Below, in pieces: positions 13,798 through 26,444 of a stretch of 64,000 nucleotides of DNA. Made by a program: the position numbers and the translations under genes. Below the pieces are notes generated by a model. It searched no databases and had not been told where the DNA came from. It worked only from the letters and a program-made list of their open reading frames with translations. This DNA comes from Octopus sinensis. Lineage: Eukaryota. Numbering within the stretch: position 1 is the first letter of the stretch; each line of letters starts with the position of its first letter. The DNA is taken from positions 97,464,001-97,528,000 of the forward strand of contig NC_043002.1 of assembly GCF_006345805.1 (NCBI RefSeq), in the 5' to 3' direction.

Positions 13798-13963
13798 TCT
13801 ATAAATATAATATGTGACAATTATTCGGTAGCCATGATAAAACTCCGAGTTTCGGATGTCGGGACGGAAACCCATGCCGCCATCTCTTCAGTTATCGGGC
13901 CCGACATCCGAAACTCGGAGTTTTATCATAGCCACCGAATAATTGTCACATATTATATTTACA
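13798..13963. repeat. ~65-bp inverted repeat carrying the hammerhead (Penelope-type inverted pLTR fragment)
   Basis: Arm ..TATGTGACAATTATTCGG..CGGATGTCGGG pairs with CCCGACATCCG..AATTGTCACATA; ~37-nt spacer; set in (TA)n. Confidence 0.8.
13836..13896 (-). ncRNA. Minimal type I hammerhead ribozyme, canonical core
   Basis: GAUAA CUGAAGA GAUGGCGG..CCGACAUCC GAAA CUC-G-GAG UU UUAUC: 5-bp stem I, CUGANGA/GAAA core, near-palindromic stem III, GUU site. Confidence 0.75.
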
Positions 13964-14027
13964 GATATATATATATATATATATAATATAATAAAATGAA
14001 ATTATTGTATACAGTATTCAGGTGCAC

Positions 14028-14091
<64 letters not shown>

Positions 14092-14271
14092 CATATATAT
14101 ATATATACATATATATGTAATTATATATATAATATATATATATATACATACATATGTAATTATATATATATATATATAGATATATATATATATAGATATA
14201 TATATATATATATATATACATACATATGTAATTATATATATATATAATATATATATATATACATACATATG

Positions 14272-14316
<45 letters not shown>

Positions 14317-14469
14317 ATACATATATATGTAATTATATATATATATAACATATATATACATACATATGTAATTATATATATATATATATATATATATACA
14401 TAATATATATACATACATATGTAATTATATATATATATATATATACATATATATACATACATATGTAAT

Positions 14470-14530
<61 letters not shown>

Positions 14531-14570
14531 ATATACATACATATGTAATTATATATATATATATATATAT
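13964..14570. repeat. (TA)n-rich compound satellite with repeated CATATGTAATTATATA units
   Basis: Direct reading. Confidence 0.9.
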
Positions 14571-15305
14571 AGGGAGATATACACATAAATATGCATGTAT
14601 GTATTTGAAACTTTTTGTCAACGACTAAACAGAGTTAAAGTATTAAAATATCTTCTCACCTTACATATGAAGACTTGATTATGGGATTCAGGTGTTTGGC
14701 AATGTCGTATACCTCAACGTTGTAGCTACGTTTTCTACATTGGTAAGAAGAGTGGATAACACAATATACTTCACTCAATAAGGGTAACAAGTATACAGTC
14801 CAAGACAGTTTCCTCAATAAACCTAACAAGTTGTACGAAACAGTTCAAAGAATTAGTGAGAATGTATGTGTTTATAACAATGTCTCAATGTGAGAATATA
14901 TGTCGTAGGTTTTATCATTAAATGTAGTGTTGGTATACGTAACATAAGATAGTTCCTCAATAAATGTAGCGATAGTGTAGTGCAGGAAAGTTTCCGCAAC
15001 ACGTGCATTGAACGTATGGTACAAGTTTATTCAATAAGTGTAGTGAATGTGTATGTAGTTCAAGACAGTTTTCTCAATAAATTTCCATGCATTGCGTAGG
15101 AGTGAACGCAGTTAATATAAGCCGCTGGCAGTTGTTTAATGTACAGGACACAAAGAGAAAGACAAAGCGACAGATAGACAGACAGTTAGTAAGAGAGACA
15201 CAGAAGTGAGAGAGAGAGAGAGAGAGTGGGCGGACAGAGAGAGTCAGAAATAAAAAGACAGAGAGTTATTTTCCGTCCGAAAATGATGCTTACAAATATA
15301 TACTC

Positions 15306-15540
15306 CTTACTCTCTTTTACTCTTTTACTTGTTTCAGTCATTTGACTGCGGCTATGCTGGAGCACCACCTTTAGTCGAGCAAATCGACTAATTCTTTGTA
15401 AGCCTAGTACTTATTCTATTGGTCTCTTTTGCCGAACCGTTAAGTTACGAGGACGTAAACACACCAACATCGGTTGTCAAACGATGTTGGGGGGACAAAC
15501 ACAGACACACAAACATACACACAAACACACACACACACAT

Positions 15541-15594
<54 letters not shown>

Positions 15595-15753
15595 GACAGG
15601 ATCCTTTCAGTTTCCGCCTACCAAATCCACCCACAAGGCCGACCCCAGGCTATAGTAGAAGACACTTGCCCAAGGTGCGTGCCACGCAGTGGGACTGAAC
15701 CCGGAACCATGTGGCTGGTAAGCAAGCTACTTACCACACAGCCACTCTTACGT
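15306..15753 (-). mobile_element. SINE family B, full length
   Basis: Head, CORE-like segment, internal (TA)/(CA) microsatellite, tail CATAGCCGCAGTCAAATGACTGAAACAAGTAAAAGAG. Confidence 0.9.
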
Positions 15754-16026
15754 CTATATGTTTAATATTAAATAAAGTTAGTAGTAATCACTGATAATCT
15801 TCCTCAACAAAATTCATTTCGAGACAAGATTTTAAAGTTTAGTAGATTTCCCTTTATTGGTGAGAGAATATACTAACAGCTAAGCTATTAAAAATTTAAC
15901 GAAGTATTCCTATTGCTCACAGTTAACTTCTCGTCTATAAATCAATTTAAAACAGCTCTTAACTTCTGAATTTACAGGTGAAAATGTTGTCTATCGAGGT
16001 GTCAAGTTAGTATTACGCAGACATAA

Positions 16027-17010
16027 GGGTGGCGAGCTGGCAGAATCGTTAGCACGCCGGGCGAAGTGCTTAGCGGTATTTCGTTTGCCGTTACGTTCTG
16101 AGTTCAAATTCCGTCGAGGTCGACTTTCCTTGTCATCCTTTAGGGGTCGATTAAATAAGTACCAGTTACACAGTGGGGTCGATATAATTGACTGAATCCA
16201 TTTGTCTGTCCTTGTTTGTCCTATGTGTTTAGCCCCTTGTGGGTAGTAAAGAAATAGGTATTTCGTCTAGTGTTACGTTCTGAGTTCAAATTCCGCCAAG
16301 GTCGACTTTCCTTGTCATCCTTTAGGGTCGATTAAATAAGTACCAGTTACGCACTGGGGTCGATACAATCGACTGAATCCGTTTGTCAGTCCTTGTTTGT
16401 CCTCTCTGTGTTTAGCCCCTTGTGGGTAGTAAAGAAATAGGTATTTCGTCTAGCGTTACGTTCTGAGTTCAAATTCCGCCAAGGTCGACTTTCCTTGTCA
16501 TCCTTTAGGGTCGATTAAATAAGTACCAGTTACGCACTGGGGTCGATATAATCGACTGAATCCGTTTGTCTGTCCTTGTTCGTCCCCTCTGTGTTTAGCC
16601 CCTTGTGGGTAGTAAAGAAATAGGTATTTTGTCTGCCGTTACGTTCTGAGTTCAAATTCCGCTGAGGTTGACTTTGCCTTTCATCCTTTCGGGGTCGATT
16701 AAATAAGTACCAGTTACACACTGGGGTCGATATAATCGACTTAATCCGTTTGTCTGTCCTTGATTGTCCCCTCTATGTTTAGCCTCTTTTGGGAAATAAA
16801 GAAATAAGAATCGTTAGCACGGTGGGCGAAATGCTTAGCGGTATTCCTTCCAATTTTATGTTTTGATTTCAAATGCCGCCGATTTCCACTTTGTCTTTCA
16901 TCCTTCCGTGGTCGATTAAATAAATAGCAGTTGAGTACCAAGGTCGATGTAATCAACTTAAGCCCTCCACTGAAATTACTGACCTTGTGCCAAACTTTGA
17001 AACCAATATT
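16027..17010 (+). mobile_element. SINE family A tandem array: head, four ~182-bp units, then a diverged monomer
   Basis: Junction AAAGAAATA|GGTATTT at ~16258, ~16440 and ~16622; A-box only in the first unit and in the final diverged monomer. Confidence 0.9.
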
Positions 17011-17329
17011 ACACAGACATGCGTTCCAAGCTTTCCTTCCTCTCACTGGTTCTTCTTTCCTAATCTACAGTTATATTTCAAAGTGTATAAAATCTAAAAT
17101 ACTTAATTACTTGCAACAGAATGTCGGAAAATTATATATTTATTAAGAAAGCTAATGAGATTGTGTGACACTCATGCCATTCTCAAAAGATCTAGTAGAA
17201 GATGTAGGAGATGTAGAAGATGCTATTTATTTCAACCGTGAAACAAAACCATGCCATTTTACAGGGAGCCATTTTACAGGGAGCCATTTTGTCAGTCAGT
17301 TCCCCTCCACCCACTGAGATTGTCTTTCC

Positions 17330-17620
17330 ATTGCAGTAATGAGTGAATGCAAGTTATAGGCATATTGATATTTAATCGACTTCGATAATTTAAGAACGAT
17401 CCTGATTGAATTCAGTGTTTTCGCAATCAATTTGAAGTGGATCGGTAACACAATTAGAACAGACACATCAAATGTAGGGAAAAGTGGTTTACAGTGGAAT
17501 CCGGATGGATATAGAAAGAAAGGTAGGCCTAAGAACTTGTGTCGTAGATCAACAGAAAAGGAACTAGAGAAATGGGAGACATTCATGGCAGAGTATAAGT
17601 ACAGAAGCGAAAAATTATGT
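17330..17620 (+). mobile_element. RTE-clade LINE 3' remnant
   Basis: KWIGNTIR..LQWNPDGYRKKGRPKNLCRR resembles the RTE C-terminal motif WIGHTLR..WNPQGKRKRGRP. Confidence 0.75.
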
Positions 17621-20600
17621 GACATGGAATTCAATTATAAGTGGCCTACATTCCGCGTTGGAGGGATAAAGGCAGAAAAGAAAAGAACTGATCGGATTCG
17701 AACTAAGAACGTAAACAAAGAAAATTATATTTTGCAATATCTGAAAACTCACCATCGCTTCTCGTGCGATAACATTAATATGTCATAGGAGTTCTTGCAG
17801 AATATGTGATTGTTCTCCCCGGTAGAAATTTTTTACTATAGCAGTGAAAACATTTGAATAAAAAAAAAAACTACAGTAAACTATAGCTATAGAAAACTTC
17901 ATCTATAGCTAATTTAATATGTATTCGTTAATACTGTCATCAACATCACGATTTTGTATAGCTGAAAGCTTTTTTCTTATAGGCAAATACTAAAGTGGTT
18001 TGTAGGAAGCACGATTCTCTAAAAAAAATTTTCTTGAAAATATCTAAACAATAAATGAATAAGCCATCAGTTTTCTAGGAGCTGAAGGATTTTTAATGTT
18101 AGTGCTTCGGGGTGAGACGTTAGTATAGAAGGAATATTCGGTGTTGTTCATTATCTTTATGATGAAACGTATTGTTGTAAATATGTTCAGAGAACATGAA
18201 AATAGGAATTGAAGGAAACGTACGGAATAACCTGGAACTTTCTAAAATAGAAAAATTATCAAAATATCAACTTACACGAGAATGGAATGTTAAATGAATG
18301 AAGCAGACTTCATGTCAGTATTAATGTCTGCTTATCTATTTCTAACTCGCTCCAACTGTCTATTGATCGCTGACTCATGATATAATTTTAAATTATTGAA
18401 AGATTTAGAATATTCTTTTCAAATACTCTAGCTTTTTTTTTTTCCTTCTTTTTATCCAATCTCTATACTGGAGCATTGTCTGGAAAGCAATCAGTTTCTA
18501 TTTCAGTCGTAAATATGACGTAAGTCGTGTATGCGACACGATTTCGATTCCTCACCCGTAAGTTGAAAAGTCATTTTACCACAAGTACATATTTCAGCCA
18601 GTTTCAATTATAACTGGAGAAAAACAAGGATGAGCGAATAAAAATTCCTTTGAAATACGAATATTAGTCATCTCGGAAACTGATAAAAATCCACTTGCTT
18701 TTCAATATGAATACTTTAGTAGATTAAGTGACTAAAATTGGTATTTTGTACGTATTATATGATTACGAAAAGGTGTGAACAATATCTGGCCTATTGCAAT
18801 TTCACCGGGTCGCTGTTTTTATCGGAATGCTCTACAAGTATTTTTGCTTTGTGGATATGTGTGGAAACATCCTGTTCGTAGATACATCCTGTTCATGGAT
18901 ACACTTTGTTCGTTGTGCACCATGAAAACAATTCTTCTTGTAGATAGTATTCTAAGTCTTTTCATGAACCATGTCATACGCCTGGGTAGAGATACGACAG
19001 GGATTTTTAGAATACTAATGATGGATTGGGTAACATCGCTACTATACTTGTAGAGCACAATCGATTTTTTTCTGTCGAAATGTAAAGACTAAGAGGCATC
19101 CTTATTTCTCTTATTGATCAGATATTTAGTATTTCCTTCTCTGAATAGGGAAGGTGTATCCTTATAGACAAGAAGTAATGTATCTATTATATGGATTTAT
19201 GTATTATATCTATGTATATATGTACGTACTATGTATGTATGTATGTATGTAGTGAATCCAAACAAAGAAGAACAAACAAGAAAAAACAACAACGCGAGAA
19301 CGTGGTACAAGTAATGTATTATCAGACGCTCAAGTTAAGGAAAGAAAGGGGATTTAATGTTTCGAGCAAAGCTCTTCTTCACAAATAGGGGAAAGTTCAA
19401 AAGAAGGGAAGACGGAGGAAGAAAATCGCCAACGATACACACGTGGTTACATATTGAAATGACCAGAAGCGAATGGGTGAGGAAAAAGTTCTTTCTAAGA
19501 CAGGAGAGTGCAAGAGAAGGAGGTATGTGTGTGTATGTGTGGCTATGTGCGTGCGCCGCGCAGGTCTGTGTGTATGTGTAATAATAGCACGTGTATGTGC
19601 TTATGTGTGTGTGGTTTTGGCTGTTTATATGTGTGTCTGTGTGTGTGAGTGGACTTTGTGTTGCTTAATGTCGTAGAAAGAATTTATAGTAAGAATATTT
19701 TGGTAGGAGTGGATGTCTTTTATGTCTCCCTTCACATGTGCGTAGGAGAATGTGTATGTATGTATGTATGTATGTATGTATGTATGTATGTATGTATGTA
19801 TGTATGTATGTATGTATGCATGCATGTATTAATGTAAGTATATATGTATATTTGCTTTGTTTGTGAAAAGCTATGGATGCAAATGTCAATAGTATTGATC
19901 ACGGTATTTTTGATAAAGAAACTATTCTTGACTTTCAATTGTATCGACCCCATTTGCGTCACTACTGTCTGTAATGAAGTCATAGAATGGTTCCATAACA
20001 CTTCCTTCATGTTCAAATTTAAAGTGTTATAATAATTTTAAAATCACATGTATTTATTTGCAGATGTGTGATCGAGTACGTAACTAAGCATTAATCAACA
20101 CTTTCTGTGTGTGAGGTGAAGATTTTCGCCACATTCTAATTCAGAAATCATATGTTATATTGAGGACAGATGAAAAGCAACGTACTGCAGCCTACTCGCG
20201 CAGCTGCCGAAAGAAAAAGGAGAATTAGTTTCTGAACAGACACATATCTATTTTAGTTTTTCAGTCATTTAACTGATTGCAGTCTGTGAGTCTTCTCTTG
20301 GCTATTGTCTGAAGTACTTTTTTATCTCAAACAATACGTTCGCTGAATTAATAGGCTCGCACCAATCTGACATATGTATATTTCTTTGTCTATGTGTAAG
20401 AGTATTTGTGTTCTGTGACTACGTGAACGTTGAAGATGAAAAGAGAATAATATGTTGGTTTATTGCTACGTAGGAACACTAATAGGTAGGTAAGGATATT
20501 GCGGAGGTGGGGAAGATGTTGATAAATGCCTTGGCAAGATGATGTAGGAAGAAATAAAAGAAATAGCTTCATACTTCTTTTTAGACGGAAACCTACGGCT

Positions 20601-22383
20601 TTGATCACTGTTCGGTCCTTCATCAAGAAAATAGAAGCTATCATCAAGATATTTTAGCGATTCATTACTTCATTGACTGATATAGCAGTAAGCTATATCA
20701 ATTATTGTTTTTCTAAATCTTTTCAAGAAAAATGGTTTAGTAAGTATAGTTTTTACTTCACTGTTTATTTTAATGTGTCACATGACTAAATTAGACAAAG
20801 CAGATCAAAATTCCATTAATTTAAATGGTTCTAAAATAGACGCTTATGAGGAATATTTTTAGTGTAACGTTTTACGGAAAAGCGATTATCACATTTACTA
20901 TTTTCGGCTTTGTCATTGTTGAGAAATGTTAATTCGTTCTTAATGCATGGATTTTAAAGAAAACATTTTAGAGAAAATATTGTTCCCAAATATTTAGGGT
21001 AAACAGTTGTGTGCGGAGAGTTCTGTTCTGTAGTATTTTGTCCCTTCCACCGCGACACCACAGCTGCCCAGGACCATCCAGCAATGTGGGTGACAAAACT
21101 CCCGCATAACAATACCAGCTTTGTTAACTCTAGTGTTAGAATCTAGTCCAAACGTTTCTATTATCCTCAATGTTCTTGATTCAGATAAATGTCTTGCTTT
21201 CTCAGAAGCTTCTGATATTTTTTCGTCTGACAACCACTTTTCTTTCCTCCACAGCTAATCCAAGATGCCTGAGCATTGAGTCAGCCTTCATTCCAACAAA
21301 TACTCTGACACCTAACTCTGTAGGAAGGCATATAACTTTCCATCCATTACTTTACATGTTCAACAGACCCACTATATTTTCTGTCACTGCTGAGGAAATA
21401 TGGTTTAGTTTAATCCCATCAATTTTATTTAAGAAGAAATTATTCTTGTAGTTTTCAATACTGAAATATATTAATGATTTACATTTCCTATATTAACATT
21501 CAAAGGGGCCTTCTAATATGTGGTTTTCTATGGATGATAGATGTCATCATTTCTTATGAACTCACTGAATTCTACACGAGTCTTCTTTATTTTTAATACT
21601 ACCTCTCATAGAATGCTGGTTTGTGAAGCATTCTAGTATGAGTGTGTAAAATGTAATCTTACTTTACACAACACACATAGATGCACTGACACATATTTAA
21701 GTGTACAACTACGTTTTTATTGTCACCTTCTATAAGCATGTATCAAGCATTCATATATTTGGTTAAAAAATTATAAAAGTCATTAAAAAAAACGAACAAC
21801 TCCCTTATTAGATTTTCCCAGAATACTCCTTAGAATGAAATTATATTAGGAATCGTAATTCATTTAAGGATTAAAATAGTACATCATCTCCAAAAAACAT
21901 GCAACTTGACATCATGATTAGAAGTATTGACAACCACAGAAAATTTCTATATCAAGTGACAGAGAGAAATCAAGATTCCTTATATGCATGTGTTATAACG
22001 ACAATCCAGACATCTTTGTGTAACGCATCACTCGGGTAACAGGAATAGAAAAGTATAAATCAATATGTCACGTTCTCACAAACGTGTAGGAAAATATTTA
22101 TTCAGCAAATTTAAAAGAAAATATGGAGTGAGGCAGTATGAACATTTGAGTAGAGTAAGGTATTTATTTGAAGCGAAACATGAAGAAGGAACACTCAGCA
22201 ATGTCTGCCGAATTTTCTGAAAAATAATGAGTCCCTGGTCTCGGCTAGTTCTCCTTATGTGTCTGACATGAACAGATATATTTGTCTGAGGATAAAGAAT
22301 ACTTGCTGACCAAATAGCACAATAGATAAGAGCTAATTATTCAGACATAAACACACAAACATATGTGTATGTGTGTATATATA

Positions 22384-22900
22384 TAAGGGTGTGCAGCTAT
22401 CAGTGCATTACGGCCGTTTCAAGAGGCTCTATTTAATCGATCAATGCAAACATTACATCAATTTGAACTAAACCGCTCTCCTCGGACGCAGACAACCATA
22501 TAGATTTCCAACATTAAGGATACACTATTATATTTTTTTAGCAAATTTTTCATCAGTGCTTGAGACTAAAATGATTACATCGTTTCTCTTTGCAATTTCT
22601 GTGGCAACATCTCCATCAGTTTCTTCTGCCATTCTATATTACAATAGGCTTTAAGTATTTTTCCCTGAATTGATTCTACAATAAAAATAGCAAAGAGAAG
22701 AAGAGTAATTATTTTAGTCTCTAGTACTGATGAAAAATTTGCTTAAAAAATCATAATGGTGTATTCTGTACGTTGGAAATCTAAATGGTCGTCTGCAACC
22801 AAGGAGGGCGGTTTATTTCAATTTGATGTAACGTTTCCATTGATTGATTAAATGGAGCCGCTTGAAACGGCTGTAATGCACTGATACCTGGACATCCTTG
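22384..22900. mobile_element. MITE/foldback element with ~145-bp TIRs
   Basis: AAGGGTGTGCAGCTATCAGTGCATTACGGCCGTTTCAAG pairs with CTTGAAACGGCTGTAATGCACTGATACCTGGACATCCTT. Confidence 0.75.
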
Positions 22901-23053
22901 TTACTTATGTGCTTTCTGTTCACCTAACTTCGAGCTGTGGGGACCATACCGGACTGGTTTCGTGCCTCAGCTTAAGTACTTAATTCAATTGAATCTTAAT
23001 CATTTATGTGTGCGTGTGCGTGTGCGTGTGTATGTGTGCGTATGTGCGCGCGC

Positions 23054-23085
<32 letters not shown>

Positions 23086-23088
<3 letters not shown>

Positions 23089-23366
23089 AATTTAGAACAG
23101 ACGGTAAGTTGTCATTATAGTACTCGGAGTCTCGAATGTCGGAGCGAAGAGCTATGATGCATACTTTCTCGTCGGCTATTAATGGCAACAGACGCTATAA
23201 AAACCTTGAATGAGAGGGAAGTTACTCGAAAAAGAAGAAAAAAGGGAAAACATTTAAAAAAATACATTTGCCATTAATAGCTGACAAGAAAGGATCGTAG
23301 CTCTTCGCACCAACATTGGAAACTCCAAGTACTATAATGACAACTTACTGTTTGTTCTAAATTATA
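23086..23366. mobile_element. MITE/foldback element with ~100-bp TIRs
   Basis: TATAATTTAGAACAGACGGTAAGTTGTCATTATAGTACT pairs with AGTACTATAATGACAACTTACTGTTTGTTCTAAATTATA. Confidence 0.75.
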
Positions 23367-23423
23367 CATATATATAAATAATCCTCTATTTATCTAACAT
23401 CGAGGCCTCATTCTTTTGTTGTC

Positions 23424-23722
<299 letters not shown>

Positions 23723-23852
23723 CATGCAGACATGACAGAAGTAAACAGACAATCATTAAAATTTATTGAAATCTGAAATTATGCATTCAAATTATTCATC
23801 AATTATTATAATGTGAATATTTAATATTTAGTAGACATATTTAGTAGACATA

Positions 23853-24262
23853 GGCGCAGGAGTGGCTGTGTGGTAAGTAGCTTGCTAACCAACCACATGG
23901 TTCTGGGGTTCAGTCCCACTGCGTGACATATTGGGCAAGTGTCTTCTGCTATAGTCCCGGGCCGACCAGTGCCTTGTGAGTGGATTTGGTAGACGGAAAC
24001 TGAAAGAAGCCTGTCGTATATATGTATATATATATATATGTATGTGTGTGTGTTTGTGTGTCTGTGTTTGTCCCCCTAGCATTGCTTGACAACCGATGCT
24101 GGTGTGTTTACGTCCCCGTCACTTAGCGGTTCGGCAAAAGAGACCGATAGAATAAGTACTGTGCTTACAAAGAATAAGTCCCGGGGTCGATTTGCTCGAC
24201 TAAAGGCGGTGCTCCAGCATGGCCGCAGTCAAATGACTGAAACAAGTAAAAGAGTATACCCT
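23853..24262 (+). mobile_element. SINE family B, full length, inserted in the Tc1 C-terminus
   Basis: Complete head-to-tail match to family B. Confidence 0.9.
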
Positions 24263-25102
24263 TTGCATTTTTCAATGCAATATTAGGCATGTTACTGATC
24301 AGATGACGAATATTCTCTTGTAGAATTTTTTGCCAAGTTTCATGCAGTAATCTCAAAAGATATGGCTTTGAAGAAGCTTTCTTCTTTTTACGAAGTGTCC
24401 TGCCCATTATGTCCCAGAGGTGTTCAATAGGGTTCCTGTCAGGTGACTGGCTTGGCCATGGAAGCTTTTTTAATAGGAGTCCCATCTTCCACAAATAAAG
24501 AGTTTTCTTTAATCATTTAACCACTGGAGAATATGACAGTCCCCCCCCCAAATTCTAGTGGCTTCTCCTCCATCTCACTGCTCCAATCCTTTCTCCGCTT
24601 GATACTGGCTGGTTGAAGAAGTGGCTTCTTTTCGATGCTCTGTCATAGTAGCCAAGTTTGTGAAGATACCTAACAGCTGTTCTGGGTCTGACACCAACTC
24701 TTTGTGCTATGCCAGAAGCCTTGCAACGAGGATTATCCTCCACACTTCTCTTAACAAAGAGAAGGGTCCTATCAGAGGACTCTGGCTGATGTTGGCGAGG
24801 TGATGGGGACTCCTTCCTCTCTCTGGTGAATTGCACAGTTACTCTATTAACTGTAGGAAGCAGGATTCCAAGGTTTTCTGCGATTTGTCGCTGACTATGT
24901 CCACCTTTAGAATGAACCACAATACGGCTTCTTTGAAATTCTGACAGTTCCAAGGCTTCTTTTGTAGAAGGTATGATAAAACAGTCACATATAGAACCTA
25001 AAATTTGAAAATGTTAATTAATAAAAAAAATATAAACCATTACAAGTTAAAAGAAATATAAAACGATATTGTATGGGGTATCTATTTACTTTCGTCATGT
25101 GT
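24263..25102 (-). mobile_element. Internally deleted Tc1-like transposon
   Basis: N-terminal ELSEFQRSRIV..SQRQIAENLG HTH (24555-24953) and C-terminal WPSQSPDRNPIEHLWD..LISNMP; the DDE middle is missing. Confidence 0.85.
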
Positions 25103-25129
25103 GTGTGTATGTGTTTGTGTGTATATGTC

Positions 25130-26430
25130 ATCAGTGCGAGATAAAAGTCTTGACAGAAGGATGTATTCCGCCTTTTCCCAAAAAGGGGGATCTGGGCCTT
25201 GCAATAAAAGACAGAGGATTACATTAACACCAATTGTAGCGTAGATTTACAATGCATTGCTACTCAATCGGATCCAACGTCAAATAGAAAGAGTTCTTGG
25301 GAAAAATCAAAATAGATTCAGGAAGAGCCACTCTACATCTGGTGAAATTGTCGCAGTTATGAGGTTGTTAGGAGTACGAGCCAAATTCTTTAAAGCAGTT
25401 ATACTCTTTGTTGATTTTTCGAACGCCTTTGATTTTGTGCACAGAGATGAGATGGCGGAAACCTTTAGCGAATAGGGAATCCCTGGTGAAACAATAAAGG
25501 CAGATAGAGATACTGACTTCTTCGATATTCGTGCAGGTGTACCACAGGGTGATACACTAGCTCTTTGCTTGTTCATCCTGTATCTCGATTAAGTATTGCG
25601 TACCTCAATAGATCAACACAATGATCTAAGTTTCACTTAGATCTAAGTTTCACTTAGTCAAGAAGCAGACAATATCCGGCCACCTACTTGCAGGACTTCG
25701 ATTAGGCCCTATGACATAGCACTCTTCGCAGACAACACAAAAGATGTTGAACGTTTACTCCATCTCCTGGAAAATACTGCAGCTAACATAGGACTATATG
25801 TAAATGAAAAGAAGACAGAGTTTATCACCCTGGACACAACATGCGAAATCAGAACCATCAAAGAGAAGCCCTTGAAAAATGTCAATGAGTTTACTTACCT
25901 AGGCCGCAATATCGCGTTTCTAAGGCTTGTACAGCTATAGATGGTCTTAGAACAGTATGGAAATCAACTCTACCAGATAAATTGAAGATACGGTTCTTCA
26001 GAGCAGTTGTTGAGTCTATGCTTGTATATGGATCTCCGACTTGGACTCTCACCAAGAGATTCAAGTGCATGCTGGACGGTACCTACACCAGAATGTTACG
26101 TGCAGCCCTCAATATCTCTTGGGGGGAACACGCAACAAAACAACGGTTATATGGGAATGTACCAACTTTCTCATCGACCATCCAAGAGCGGAGATTGAGG
26201 TTTGCTAACCACTGCAGGAGAAGTAAAGAACTTGTGAGTGATGTGTTACTGTGGACACCAAATCATGGTGCCACAGCGGCTGGAAAACCACGGACCACGT
26301 ATATACAACAGCTTGCAGAAGATGTTGGATACCAAGTTGAAGACCTAAAAACACTAATAGAAGATCGATCAGGAGGGATGGGGTGAGGTGGTCATGCTGA
26401 CCCCGGCAATCAGTCTGACTGGATGATGTC
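25130..26430 (+). mobile_element. 5'-truncated, decayed RTE-clade LINE (RT domain to C-terminus)
   Basis: LLNRIQ..QNRFR..ST, FVDFSNAFD, GVPQGDTL, LFAD, FFRAVVESMLVYGS..RRLRFANHC..GKPR; stops and frameshifts. Confidence 0.9.
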
Positions 26431-26444
26431 TCGATATAGAAATA

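Noticed and set aside
16027-16805. CRISPR-like regular array
   Set aside because: Whole 182-bp units repeat with no unique spacers; eukaryotic SINE sequence; no cas genes
23853-23925. tRNA genes at SINE heads
   Set aside because: A/B boxes are present, but there is no complete cloverleaf and each continues into a SINE body
25624-25657. 17-bp direct repeat GATCTAAGTTTCACTTA x2 (similar short duplications at ~1594-1620 and ~17253-17290)
   Set aside because: Ordinary local slippage duplications
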